The notes: generated by a model from the letters alone, not told the origin. Shown: positions 37,655 through 47,332, numbered from the stretch's first letter. The stretch is 48,487 nucleotides of DNA from Candidatus Saccharimonadota bacterium (GCA_036848695.1 DAIUJM010000002.1:1-48487), one strand, 5' to 3'. Numbers and translations are program-made.

Positions 37655-38458
37655 ATGATTAAAGACTCTGTTTCAAAAGTAGCTCCAGCAAATATCATTT
37701 CTGACACTGGGTTCGATAAAGATGCGTTGAGATCTACTGCTTCGTTTGAAAATATACCGAGTGATCTTATTGGCCTCGGTGATGATATTCGTGAAATATC
37801 AGAAAAGGTTTACGGCGAATGGGTCGCGATCAATTGGCATGGGAGTATTCCCCGGGGTGATTTTGTTTTTGGCGACAGCGATGCTGATTTTACGATTATC
37901 ACCAAGGAAGCTCTACCCGAGGGTCATCAGGAACTACGTAAATCACTGTTAGACGCGTTAGCACCAAAATGGGCAGAACGTGGCGTCGCTAAGCTAGATG
38001 TCATTACCGTGCCTTTAGAGGAACTGCACGAACCTTTCCGAAGAAACGTATTGTTTTTTTGCTATTCTGACGGCGTCAACATTGAAGGTTCAGAGAATTT
38101 AGATCTTTCATTTGTTTTGCCTGAAACTTCACAAGAACTCACGCAGTTACTGAATAAAAAGTTCGAACTATGGATAGAGACAGTAAAAGAAGATGGAGGC
38201 GAAGACGTGCGTTACGTTGAACAGCTCAGAAAGAGGACTATTCGTGCGATTTATGCCTGTGCCATGCTTCAGGGCGCGCCGTATCTGAGAGGATGGCGAA
38301 CCTATGGTCCCAATATTGAAATGTATGCAAGTAAGTACAGCCAGCTCTACAGCGATTTGATTAATAATTCCGTTCCTTTCAAAGACCTTGTACAAAGCTC
38401 AGAGTTGGTCCGCGATGATCTTGCGCATTCTGGAGTCAAGTTCGACAAAGAGTGGTAA
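37655..38458 (+). CDS. nucleotidyltransferase-fold protein (AadA/MNT-like)
   Basis: HGSIPRGDFVFGDSDADFTII matches the GS-x(n)-D-x-D minimal nucleotidyltransferase motif, followed by a helical C-domain. Confidence 0.45.
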   Translation: MIKDSVSKVAPANIISDTGFDKDALRSTASFENIPSDLIGLGDDIREISEKVYGEWVAINWHGSIPRGDFVFGDSDADFTIITKEALPEGHQELRKSLLDALAPKWAERGVAKLDVITVPLEELHEPFRRNVLFFCYSDGVNIEGSENLDLSFVLPETSQELTQLLNKKFELWIETVKEDGGEDVRYVEQLRKRTIRAIYACAMLQGAPYLRGWRTYGPNIEMYASKYSQLYSDLINNSVPFKDLVQSSELVRDDLAHSGVKFDKEW

Positions 38459-38462
38459 AAGT

Positions 38463-38488
38463 AAAACTCCGGCAAGTGCCGGAGTTTT
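38463..38488. terminator. bidirectional intrinsic terminator
   Basis: aaaactccggc-aagt-gccggagtttt: a perfect hairpin flanked by an A-run and a T-run. Confidence 0.65.
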
Positions 38489-38492
38489 GATT

Positions 38493-38639
38493 GAGCGGTC
38501 AGCCTGCCCGTTCTGGCGAACAGACAGGCGGGTCACGCACGTAGTATCTTTAAGTTTTTGAGCGGTCAGCCTGCCCGTTCTGGCGAACAGACAGGCGGGT
38601 CACGAACCGACTATTTTAATGTATGAGCGGTCAGTCACG
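38493..38639. repeat. tandem repeat: two 45-nt units (38493-38537, 38560-38604) plus a third 15-nt copy lacking the internal 30 nt (38625-38639)
   Basis: Unit is gagcggtcag-cctgcccgttctggcgaacagacaggcggg-tcacg. The third copy reads gagcggtcag-tcacg. Confidence 0.85.
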
Positions 38640-38661
38640 ATTACTCTTCTCTGCTAGTATA

Positions 38662-39486
38662 CTACTTTTTGCCCTTTACTTTTTTTGAGGCTTTTTTGAT
38701 TGTAGTAGTAACTTTTTCGGCTACAGTTTTCTTCTTTGCAAATGGGCTTTCGCCAGCTAGCAACATGAAGAGGTTTGCGCCAAGTGCGGCACCAACTAGA
38801 GTACCAACAGTAGTTTCTAGTGTTAGACGACTAACTGGGGTAGTTGTTTTGGCTGAACCGCCAAGTTGTTGTTGCAAAGCGCTAGATTGATCTTCTTTTT
38901 CAGTTGCAGCAAGTGCAATAGCTGGGTTAAGAACTGCACCATCTACTTTTGTAACACGTGGTGCTGATTTAGCATCTGCGCTTACATTTTGAGCAGCAAG
39001 GTTTAGTAAACCACCGCCAGCGTAAAGGCCTACCATCAACGCAAGACCGATTGCAGAAGCAAGTACGCCTTCAGGTGCTTTACGGTTAACAACTGATACA
39101 AGTACGAAGGCAAAAATCGCCATACCAATAACTTCAGCTGCAACAATACGAGCATCGAAGCTACTAAAGCTTGAAAGTGAAATCTGAGTCTCACCACCCT
39201 TAAATAGCTGAGTAACGTAGAGTGCAAATAAACCACCAATAAACTGAGCAAGCCAGTAAAATAGTGCTTTTACAGTGTCCATTTTTTTAACAGACCAGAG
39301 GGCAAAAGTGACCGCTGGGTTAAGGTTTGCGCCACTAATAACGTTCAAACCGAGTACCAAAACTACAAGTGTGAGGCCAACAAGTAGTGGCTGTCCAATT
39401 GTGAGGGCAATAATTGCCAGAACAAATGTTCCCACGAGTTCACCAGCTAACGCAGGCAGTGGAATATTAGTATTTTTTACTTTCAT
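38662..39486 (-). CDS. MIP-family channel (aquaporin/glycerol-facilitator-like) with atypical insertions and a Lys-rich tail
   Basis: Two NPA boxes (SGANLNPAVTFA and AVLNPAIALA). AAGGAG lies 8 nt upstream of ATG 39486. Confidence 0.7.
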   Translation of the reverse strand: MKVKNTNIPLPALAGELVGTFVLAIIALTIGQPLLVGLTLVVLVLGLNVISGANLNPAVTFALWSVKKMDTVKALFYWLAQFIGGLFALYVTQLFKGGETQISLSSFSSFDARIVAAEVIGMAIFAFVLVSVVNRKAPEGVLASAIGLALMVGLYAGGGLLNLAAQNVSADAKSAPRVTKVDGAVLNPAIALAATEKEDQSSALQQQLGGSAKTTTPVSRLTLETTVGTLVGAALGANLFMLLAGESPFAKKKTVAEKVTTTIKKASKKVKGKK

Positions 39487-39717
39487 GAACTGAATCTCCT
39501 TATGATTACCAATGACATTACATATACGCGAGGTTGCATAAAATTGCAAGCATGCCATCTGTTATATTTGTGATAAATACATTAGCGCAGTGACCAGCAT
39601 TATTTGACGAAAGAGAGTATAATAATACGTGGAGGATCTTTTTGATCACTCCATTAAGCCGGGTTATATGCCCGGTTTATTGTTTGCTTAAAATCGCGCT
39701 ATACTAAGGGCAAAGTT

Positions 39718-41097
39718 ATGGTTAAAAAAATGCTTCTACACGAAAAACAAAGAAGGGTACGCGCTATTGCGGTGGTGATTCTTTGTATTCATCTTACTGT
39801 AGTTTTATACACCTGGTTCCAATCTTCACGATTTTATTTACTTGATGGTGGCTTTAGTCTTCGGTTGATAGCACTCGGCCGTCTTGCAGGCTTACTGGCA
39901 GTTACGTTTGCTTTGCAGCAATTTTTGCTGATCGGTAGAATTCCAATATTTGAGCGTACTTTCGGTCAAGATCGAATGAGTCGCTTGCATCAGACAACGG
40001 GCTATCTGGTGTTTGGCACAATTTTGATACATCCGTTTCTACTTGTTTTGGGGAATGCATCTTTGAATGATCTAAATATTTTTTCTCAGTACATTCAGTT
40101 TATAAAAGGCTATGAAGATGTCTTTAAAGCCTCGCTGGCTATGCTCTGCGCGTGGGCGGTGGTAATTAGCTCTGTTTGGATTGTACGCCGACGCTTAAAG
40201 TACGAATGGTGGTACGCCGTTCATCTGCTTACTTATGCAATTATTCTTCTAGCATTTGGGCACCAAAATGAACTTGGTACAACTGTAAACTTCACGCAGT
40301 TCTTCAATTACTACTGGTACGCTATTTATGTACTGGTACTGGGCACATTTATTTTTTACCGATTTTTAAAACCTATACTTAGTTTTTTGAAACACGATTT
40401 TCGGGTTATGCAAGTAGTGCAAGAAGCGCCACACGTTGTGAGTATATATATGCGCGGCAAAAACATGGAACACTTCAAGTGGAAGCCAGGGCAGTTCGCC
40501 TTCTTCACTTTTTTAAGCCCAGGTTTGTATTTGGGTCAGCATCCATTCAGTTTCAGTTATTTATGGGATGACAAACGTATTTTGCGAATAACCGTAAAAG
40601 GGGTCGGTGATTACACGCGTCTACTTCAAGAAGTACCGGTAGGGACCAAGGTTATTATTCAGGGACCTTACGGTATTTTAGGCCGTCAGATAGAAAAAGA
40701 GTTTGAAGTTCTTTTGGTAGCAGGCGGTATTGGTATTACTCCTATTCGCTGCTTATTTGAACGTTATGCCCGTAGTGGTCGTGATGTTGAATTGGTGTAT
40801 GCGGCTCGTACTCCGCAAGATCTAGCGCTCAAGCCTGAGCTTGATGCGCTGGTTGGTTTATTCCCGAATGCGAAGGTACATTATTTGGCAGAACATGATG
40901 CCGGAACTGTCCCGGGAGTTTACGAAGGTCGTATAACTAAAGAATTTTTACTGGCCGCGGTACCGAATATTCCAAACAGGCAAGCCTTTGTATGTGGTCC
41001 ACCGGCTATGGCCGATGCAATTGAACACACTCTTCAGAGCGTCGGTATGCCTGAAAAGAAGATATATGTCGAACGGTTTTCTTTACACAAAAAGTAA
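39718..41097 (+). CDS. NOX/ferric-reductase-family membrane haem-flavoprotein (FRD TM domain plus FAD- and NAD(P)H-binding domains)
   Basis: His pairs with NOX-type spacing: H-x13-H (HQTTGYLVFGTILIH) and H-x12-H (HLLTYAIILLAFGH). FAD motif HPFSFS, NAD(P)H motif GGIGITP, C-terminal CGPPAM. Confidence 0.8.
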   Translation: MVKKMLLHEKQRRVRAIAVVILCIHLTVVLYTWFQSSRFYLLDGGFSLRLIALGRLAGLLAVTFALQQFLLIGRIPIFERTFGQDRMSRLHQTTGYLVFGTILIHPFLLVLGNASLNDLNIFSQYIQFIKGYEDVFKASLAMLCAWAVVISSVWIVRRRLKYEWWYAVHLLTYAIILLAFGHQNELGTTVNFTQFFNYYWYAIYVLVLGTFIFYRFLKPILSFLKHDFRVMQVVQEAPHVVSIYMRGKNMEHFKWKPGQFAFFTFLSPGLYLGQHPFSFSYLWDDKRILRITVKGVGDYTRLLQEVPVGTKVIIQGPYGILGRQIEKEFEVLLVAGGIGITPIRCLFERYARSGRDVELVYAARTPQDLALKPELDALVGLFPNAKVHYLAEHDAGTVPGVYEGRITKEFLLAAVPNIPNRQAFVCGPPAMADAIEHTLQSVGMPEKKIYVERFSLHKK

Positions 41098-41499
41098 CTA
41101 CGAACAGTTTGCGCAGTAGCCCATAATTTCAACGTCGTGACGGATTGGTCGAAAGCCGTTGTTGCCGGCAGTTTGTTCTATGGCGTATTCAATTTCCGGC
41201 GTGTGAACATCTATTACCGAGCCACAGCGAAGGCAGGTAAGGTGATGGTGATGTTCTTGGAAGCTGTCGCCAAGTTCTACGCGGTATTTAAAGCCGGTCG
41301 AAACTTTTTTAGCAATACCAAGATCTACAAATAGATCTACCGTACGGTAAACGGTTGCTCGATCAACGTCGGGGAGGGAACTGATGAGTTGTTGCATGGT
41401 GGCCGGTTGGGCGGAAAGAATTGCCTGGAGTATGGCCATACGTGTTTTAGTGGCTGTGAAGCCGTTTTGTTTGAGTACGTTCTTTATTTCTGCTTGCAT
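41098..41499 (-). CDS. Fur-family metalloregulator (Zur/PerR/Fur type not resolved)
   Basis: Winged-helix N-domain, HHHHLTCLRCG and CANC metal sites. Confidence 0.85.
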   Translation of the reverse strand: MQAEIKNVLKQNGFTATKTRMAILQAILSAQPATMQQLISSLPDVDRATVYRTVDLFVDLGIAKKVSTGFKYRVELGDSFQEHHHHLTCLRCGSVIDVHTPEIEYAIEQTAGNNGFRPIRHDVEIMGYCANCS

Positions 41500-41596
41500 A
41501 ACATACCTTTTTCATTCTGGTTGTTGCCCAGAACTGGTTAGTTGTATCCCGAATTACATTCGGAATGACACTAAGTGTCTGCAAAAATAATACCAA

Positions 41597-41615
41597 ATTG
41601 CGACAATTTTGCAAT
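41597..41615. promoter_or_regulatory. inverted repeat ATTGC-N9-GCAAT, candidate operator between the fur-family and ZIP genes
   Basis: attgcgacaattttgcaat lies in an AT-rich divergent promoter region. Confidence 0.25.
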
Positions 41616-41677
41616 ATTATGCTTATTTACATACAATAAACATAAATCAGATAATAGGAACAGTAGTAGGAACAAAT

Positions 41678-42499
41678 ATGGCAAATTACGGACACATTAT
41701 AATATTTTCGTTTATCGGCGGGATTCTTTCGCTTACCGGTGGTCTGGTATTAATGAGTAAAGCGTCGTGGGCCGAGGCGATGGCAAAGTATGCAACCCCA
41801 TTTGCGGCAGGAGCACTACTTGCGGCGGTATTTTTGGATCTGCTGAAAGAAGGTGTCGAGCAAGCACCAGTTCAGACAGTAATGGTTTCAACCTTAATTG
41901 GTATGATAGTCTTCTTTTTCGCCGAGCGCTTCTTGCACTGGTTTCATCATCACCATGATCATAAATCTAAAGAACATTCTGACCCAACAGTCGGTCTGAT
42001 TGTAGTTGGTGATGTACTTCATAATGCACTTGACGGTGTAGCAATTGCTGCAAGCTTCTTAATTAGTGTGCCAACGGGCATAATTACTACCATTGCGGTG
42101 GCTACTCATGAAATTCCCCAAGAAATTGGTGATTTTGGGTTGATGTTAAAAAAAGGTATGAGCAGGAAGAAGGTTCTTCTTGTTAACGTTTTAAGTGCTC
42201 TTGCAACAATGGTGATGGCAGTTGTGACGTTCTGGTTAGGTAGCGATGCAAAACTACCAATTGGGGTACTGCTTGGCCTTAGCGCGGGCTTTTTACTGTA
42301 CATTGCAGCCAGTGATATCATTCCGACAATTCATGATGAAGTACCGAGTCATAAGATATTTGATATCCGACCATTCTTGCTTCTGCTGGGGGCTATAGTG
42401 GTGGGTGTTTCAATCAATTTAGCGCATTCATTTATAGAGCCCGATCACGGCTATGAGCCCGGACAAGCTGAGGTGCATCAAGACGAAGCAGATCATTGA
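41678..42499 (+). CDS. ZIP-family divalent metal (zinc) transporter
   Basis: HNALDGVAIA and HEIPQEIGDFGLM signature helices, plus a His-rich loop HWFHHHHDH. Start chosen at MANYGHIIIF. Confidence 0.8.
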   Translation: MANYGHIIIFSFIGGILSLTGGLVLMSKASWAEAMAKYATPFAAGALLAAVFLDLLKEGVEQAPVQTVMVSTLIGMIVFFFAERFLHWFHHHHDHKSKEHSDPTVGLIVVGDVLHNALDGVAIAASFLISVPTGIITTIAVATHEIPQEIGDFGLMLKKGMSRKKVLLVNVLSALATMVMAVVTFWLGSDAKLPIGVLLGLSAGFLLYIAASDIIPTIHDEVPSHKIFDIRPFLLLLGAIVVGVSINLAHSFIEPDHGYEPGQAEVHQDEADH

Positions 42500-43824
42500 T
42501 TCAAAAAATCAATTGTCAGCGCGGCAGTCCAGCTGAAGTTGTTAGTCCCGGCTGGTGAGCCGTCTAGTGGGCTAAAGTATTCGTAGCTACCGTGCTTTTC
42601 TACCAAATCAATAGAGCGTTGTCGAATATGTTCAGCTTCTTCGTGGTAGCCGTAACGTTCTAAGCCATCGGCAATTAGCCAGTTGGTATTGATCCAAGTT
42701 GGTCCTTGCCAGTAGCGTTTTGGCTGAAAATAGGGTGAGCTTTTGGGTACTGAAGGAACGGGGTAGGTTGTGTGCCACTGCTGGGCGTGAAGTAGTTCAA
42801 CCAGATTGGCGGCCCGCGCTTTTGTAATAGTTCCAGCGTATAGTGGCATAAATGTCATAATGCTAGATTCATTAATAGGTTCGAAGGTTACAAAGTTTCT
42901 ACTAAAGTACTGAGCTCGTGTTTCGTGCCATAGAAGCTCTAGTGCGTGCGGCGCCTTCTTCATACGTTCATGAAGCCATCCGGGAAGTTCACGGTTAAGT
43001 TCTTTAGAAATTTCATGAAGCAGTGTATTGGCACGGACCAAGATTGAATTAAATGCTAGGTCTTCAACCGCTAGGTGTGAACGGCGCAAGATGAGCCGAG
43101 TTTCGTATTTTTTTCGGCGCAATCTTCGGGCAATACTAAAAAGTCCGAGTGCGTCTATGGTGTCGATGCGTTCATGCCCCTTCCAAATACCAGAATCACG
43201 TCGAAGCAGTGCAATAACGTGTTGTAGTTTGAGCGACCTTACAATACGGATCCAAAGCGGCAGGTGATTTAAGTGCATTTCGCTCATCCAACCTGGGTTG
43301 TTGTCGAGTCCGCATTCCCAGGGATGTACCAAGACCACGAGACCTTCGTTATGCGGGTCGCGTTCACGATATAGCCATTCATGGTAGGCAACTAGGTCGT
43401 CAAAAACAGAGCTGTACCATTGGTGACGGGCTTTTTTCGTCATTTTTTCACCAATTTTTACAACCGCTTCGGCGATCATTGGTGGCTGTGTAATTCCGCT
43501 GGTACGAATATTGTGTGGTGCTTGACTGGAACTACGAGAATTCCAAATATCGTCTGTAGTTTTTTTGCCAGATCCGTAAATAATATTCGGGATCATTCCA
43601 TTTTTCCACTGGCCACGGAATAAGCTTTTAATTTCTTTCTGAGCCCGCCCAATATCGACATGTCGAAGGCCGATAGCAATAAAGCAACTATCCCAGAGCC
43701 ACTGGTGTGGATACAAGTTTGGAGCCGGGCGCGTCCATGCACCTAGGTCATTACGTCTTAACACTTCTGCACAAGCATTAGCTACTTTGTTTTGCCCATC
43801 CATTATGCTTATAGTATAGAACAA
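42493..43824 (-). CDS. six-hairpin (alpha/alpha)6 glycoside hydrolase, GH63/MGH1-like
   Basis: PHQWLWDSCFIAIG, VHPWECGLDNNP and GPTWINTNWL segments are typical of GH63/trehalase-like folds. Confidence 0.55.
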   Translation of the reverse strand: MFYTISIMDGQNKVANACAEVLRRNDLGAWTRPAPNLYPHQWLWDSCFIAIGLRHVDIGRAQKEIKSLFRGQWKNGMIPNIIYGSGKKTTDDIWNSRSSSQAPHNIRTSGITQPPMIAEAVVKIGEKMTKKARHQWYSSVFDDLVAYHEWLYRERDPHNEGLVVLVHPWECGLDNNPGWMSEMHLNHLPLWIRIVRSLKLQHVIALLRRDSGIWKGHERIDTIDALGLFSIARRLRRKKYETRLILRRSHLAVEDLAFNSILVRANTLLHEISKELNRELPGWLHERMKKAPHALELLWHETRAQYFSRNFVTFEPINESSIMTFMPLYAGTITKARAANLVELLHAQQWHTTYPVPSVPKSSPYFQPKRYWQGPTWINTNWLIADGLERYGYHEEAEHIRQRSIDLVEKHGSYEYFSPLDGSPAGTNNFSWTAALTIDFLNQ

Positions 43825-43982
43825 TTTTCATTTTTCATTCGATAATTTTAAAATAAGTGCCAAAATCTTAAGGGATCAATACTGTAATACCAAGCTTTTC
43901 TTGATTAGCATTATTCTTGCCTCGACCAAAAGACGTACATAGTTACATTCTGTTACCGCTGGTGATATATTCTTTCTAAAAA

Positions 43983-44513
43983 CTAATACGAGTAGTTCCA
44001 GCCAGGCTGCCAGCTCTGGGTTGCTCGCCAATCTTCATCAATCGCTTCTTCCCATGTTTTTTGGTTGCAAATAACCTCAAGTGCTAACTGTGTGGCTTCA
44101 TGGCCAAAAATTGCGATGTGCTGCCAGCCTTCACCCTTTTTTTCTACTAAAAATTCGCGCATTCGTTTTTCGACATCTGCGTAGCTTTCGCCGTTAGGAT
44201 ATGGCTTACTGATGTAGCTTTTAATATTTTTCTTGAATGTTTTTGGCGTACCATCAAGGTCACCGTAATTCGCTTCACGAAGTCGTTCGTCAGGAATAAT
44301 CTTGTGAGTTGTACCAAAAGGAATGATGGCCGAATCAATCGCGCGTTTTAGATCGGAAGGAAAAATCACCTCAAACGATGTATCAGAAACAAGCTCCGGC
44401 AACTTCTTAATTCGTTTGACTCCTTCATCAGAAAGCTCCGTCTCAAGCCATCCCGATGCAACGCCGCGCTCGTTATCTTTTGTAATACTATGTACAAAAT
44501 AACTAATCTTCAT
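43983..44513 (-). CDS. histidine phosphatase (phosphoglycerate-mutase-like) family protein
   Basis: Layout matches the family: N-terminal FVHSIT in place of RHGET, later IFGHEAT. Start chosen at MKISYF. Confidence 0.55.
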   Translation of the reverse strand: MKISYFVHSITKDNERGVASGWLETELSDEGVKRIKKLPELVSDTSFEVIFPSDLKRAIDSAIIPFGTTHKIIPDERLREANYGDLDGTPKTFKKNIKSYISKPYPNGESYADVEKRMREFLVEKKGEGWQHIAIFGHEATQLALEVICNQKTWEEAIDEDWRATQSWQPGWNYSY

Positions 44514-44605
44514 GCACTCAGTATATCGTATAAAATACACACGAAATAACACGACCGTCATATTTGGTGTGCATTTATGTATTAAATTACGGTGCTGAGT
44601 GCTCT

Positions 44606-45106
44606 TTATCGGTAGTTGGTGAAGTCGAGGGGGAAGTCGAAGTCGGCTTCTTTGAGGAGTTGGATTACACCTTGCAGTTCGTCGCGTTTGGCGCTGCTTA
44701 CTCGGATTTCTTCACCCTGGACTTGTGGTTTAACTTTGGGGTAGTTATCTCTAATCAGCTTAGTCACTTTTTTGGCGTTTTCTTGGTTGAGACCTTTTTT
44801 AAACGGTAGCTCCCATTTGATTTGCATATTGCTTTCAACTGGCTCTTTACTTGTGTCTAGAATCTTTTGACTAACGCCTGCGCCAGCGAGCTTCTTGCGT
44901 AACATATCTATAATACTGTCGAGATGGAATTGGTTATCACCGGTGATATTTATGCCGGTTTTACTACCGTCGGTAAATTCCAGGTTCGCTTTGGTGCCTT
45001 TAAAATCATAACGACTAGTAATTTCACGCTGCGCCTGTTCAACCGCGTTGGTTACCTTTGCAATGTCGTAGTCTGAAACAATATCAAATGAAGAATCTTT
45101 AGCCAT
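44606..45106 (-). CDS. yajQ: YajQ-family nucleotide/cyclic-di-GMP-binding protein (UPF0234)
   Basis: SFDIVSDYDIAKVTNAVEQAQREITSRYDFKG N-terminus and a length of about 165 aa match YajQ. Confidence 0.85.
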   Translation of the reverse strand: MAKDSSFDIVSDYDIAKVTNAVEQAQREITSRYDFKGTKANLEFTDGSKTGINITGDNQFHLDSIIDMLRKKLAGAGVSQKILDTSKEPVESNMQIKWELPFKKGLNQENAKKVTKLIRDNYPKVKPQVQGEEIRVSSAKRDELQGVIQLLKEADFDFPLDFTNYR

Positions 45107-45215
45107 AACAACCAGTATAACTGGTAAATTCTAAGTACCAAATTCTAAATAACAAATAATCCCGAAATCCAAAAATCAAATTCCAAAACATTTTCGAAAA
45201 ACAAAAAAGCTTTCA

Positions 45216-45824
45216 TTAGAGGATTTTTAATTTTTGAAGATCTTTGATGAGCGTCTCGTGTGTGGCGAACAAGACTGGTTCGTAGCCACATTCTTTGGCG
45301 CTGCTGAGACTTCGTGATGAATCATCTACAAACACCAGCTCTGTACAGTTTATGCCAAGTTTGTCACAAAGTAACTTGTAGATTGCAGGTTCAGGCTTCA
45401 TTAACCCAACCTCTGCTGAAACAATAAAAGCATCGAAATGCTTGTCAATTTCTGCTGAGCGCATCATATTAGCGGCTTCAACGGTGTTATTACTTAGTAG
45501 TCCTGTTTTATAACCATTTGATCGCAATGAATCTACTAATTCAAGAACAAGCTTGTTGATTGATTTCTTGGATCTATATTCAGCAGAAAATTGGACTACT
45601 GCATCAAGCATATCTAACTTATTAAGATCAGCTAATACACGGTTCCACAATTCGCGTTCAGATATTGGTTTGCCGGCATTGAATGCACGATTGTGTCGAA
45701 AATAGACTTCTTTATACTCAGTTTCGGTTACTCCGACGAGTTCGCAGAATTTCTGTGTAAATACAAACCCTGGTTGGCCGTTAATAACGCCGCCCCAATC
45801 GAATCCAATCGCTTTATATTTCAT
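45216..45824 (-). CDS. HAD-superfamily hydrolase
   Basis: Motif I-like FDWGGV, motif II LLSNN, motif III/IV K...FVDDS. Confidence 0.7.
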   Translation of the reverse strand: MKYKAIGFDWGGVINGQPGFVFTQKFCELVGVTETEYKEVYFRHNRAFNAGKPISERELWNRVLADLNKLDMLDAVVQFSAEYRSKKSINKLVLELVDSLRSNGYKTGLLSNNTVEAANMMRSAEIDKHFDAFIVSAEVGLMKPEPAIYKLLCDKLGINCTELVFVDDSSRSLSSAKECGYEPVLFATHETLIKDLQKLKIL

Positions 45825-45906
45825 TCGATCGATTATAGCACTTGCAGAAAGTTTAAGTGTTTGCTTAAATTAAGTATGTACTTAATATTTAAAATTTGGA
45901 GGGTGT

Positions 45907-46458
45907 ATGAAATTATTGGTTGTTGCTACGAGTGTTCGTGAAGGCCGTGCTGGCAAGAAGGTTGCGGATTGGTTTGTGGGTCAAGTTGAAAAAGACGGCA
46001 AATTCGAAGTTGATCTTGTTGATTTGAAAGATTTGAAACTTTCTTACGAGCTTCCTGAAAAGTCGCCTGCAGATGTTAATGATAGTAATTATGATGACGA
46101 GGCTACAAATTATTGGGCCGATAAGGTGAATCAATCTGATGCAGTTGTTTTTGTTATGCCAGAATATAACCATGGATATCCGGCTTCGCTTAAGAACGCT
46201 GTGGACCATTTGTTCCATGAATGGAATGGCAAGCCTGTTAGTTTTGTTGGTTACGGCTCAGCAGGTGCACCCTATGCAATTGGTTCATTTGCGCCTGTCG
46301 CTGCTTGGACGCACATGGATACAATTAATGCCCACGTTGGTATTTCTGAAATCTGGTCAGCATTTGATGAAGACGGAAGACTTATACACGATGATTATCA
46401 CACGTACGAGGCGAAGACCATGATTGATAGCCTAGCGGCTAAGGTTGAAGCGAAGTAA
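45907..46458 (+). CDS. NAD(P)H-dependent FMN reductase family oxidoreductase
   Basis: LVVATSVREGRAGKKVADW, then VFVMPEYNHGYPASLKNAVD, typical of the flavodoxin-like FMN_red family. Confidence 0.7.
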   Translation: MKLLVVATSVREGRAGKKVADWFVGQVEKDGKFEVDLVDLKDLKLSYELPEKSPADVNDSNYDDEATNYWADKVNQSDAVVFVMPEYNHGYPASLKNAVDHLFHEWNGKPVSFVGYGSAGAPYAIGSFAPVAAWTHMDTINAHVGISEIWSAFDEDGRLIHDDYHTYEAKTMIDSLAAKVEAK

Positions 46459-46479
46459 TAGTGATATATAATCAAGTTT

Positions 46480-46635
46480 ATGGACGAAAGTAGACTACCT
46501 TGCCAAGAAAAACTTGTTTTTGATTCGAAAGAAGCTGCTGAAGGCGCTGCGGTATATGCAGAGCATCTACACGGAACTAAATTGAAAGTTTATAAATGCT
46601 CCCACTGCAATCTTTGGCATTTAGCAAGTATGTAA
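46480..46635 (+). CDS. small Cys-containing (zinc-ribbon-like) protein, 51 aa, below the ORF-track cutoff
   Basis: Hand translation: MDESRLPCQEKLVFDSKEAAEGAAVYAEHLHGTKLKVYKCSHCNLWHLASM. Confidence 0.3.
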   Translation: MDESRLPCQEKLVFDSKEAAEGAAVYAEHLHGTKLKVYKCSHCNLWHLASM

Positions 46636-46639
46636 AAAA

Positions 46640-47332
46640 ATGATGCAAACAAAATACTTGAATACCAAAGAATACAACGGTAGTAGCGGCACGACCATTT
46701 ACTTTATGGGTCCGTACGGCGGTAGGGCACTATATTTTAAACCATTTTTTATGGCCATGACACGGCGTCATTATAGAATCGTTTATATACAGCCAAGAAC
46801 AAGCTCTGTTGACAGTCTGAATCCTAAAAACCTGTCGGCTACAATTTATGAATTAACTGAATACGTGAGCGATGACATGTCTCATAGGAAAGGTGATGAT
46901 TTTGTGATCGTTGGAGTGAGCCTTGGTAGTTATCTCGGTTTAAATCTACTTGGAGTCGTACCAATTTATAAGTATGTTGCAATTGCGGGTGGTGCTCCAA
47001 TTCTTGAAGTGTTTAAAGACGCGAGACTTTTTGCAAAATCTAGAAAAAAATTGCGGGAAGTTGAGGGGGCAGAAGAATCACTCTACCTGCACTGGCAACC
47101 ACACGATACGAACTTTAAGAAACGAAACTTGACGGGTGTGAAAGCGGTGGTCTTCAATTCAGACGGTGATCGTATAATTACGCCAAGCAAGAGAGACCTG
47201 TTTCTTGAACAACTTTCAGCCGCGGGTGTGGTCGTTAATACAGATTCGAGGGGTAGTATCTCTCACACTCTTCAGGCATTGAAAACCAATCTACTGGTGG
47301 ATAACATCGACGCATTTATTCGATCTGAGTAG
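46640..47332 (+). CDS. alpha/beta-hydrolase-fold protein
   Basis: Nucleophile elbow GVSLGS and a downstream D/H-containing region. Confidence 0.5.
   Translation: MMQTKYLNTKEYNGSSGTTIYFMGPYGGRALYFKPFFMAMTRRHYRIVYIQPRTSSVDSLNPKNLSATIYELTEYVSDDMSHRKGDDFVIVGVSLGSYLGLNLLGVVPIYKYVAIAGGAPILEVFKDARLFAKSRKKLREVEGAEESLYLHWQPHDTNFKKRNLTGVKAVVFNSDGDRIITPSKRDLFLEQLSAAGVVVNTDSRGSISHTLQALKTNLLVDNIDAFIRSE

Noticed and set aside
38493-38639. CRISPR array.
   Set aside because: There are only two full repeats and a partial one. The repeats are 45 nt with spacers of about 20 nt, which is the wrong proportion, and no cas genes are in the window.
39600-39717. Possible small RNA between the aquaporin-like and NOX-like genes (TATAAT at 39618, two hairpins, T-run near 39677).
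   Set aside because: The spacing between the -35-like and -10-like hexamers is wrong (8 nt) and the hairpins are short. The evidence is too weak to call without expression data.
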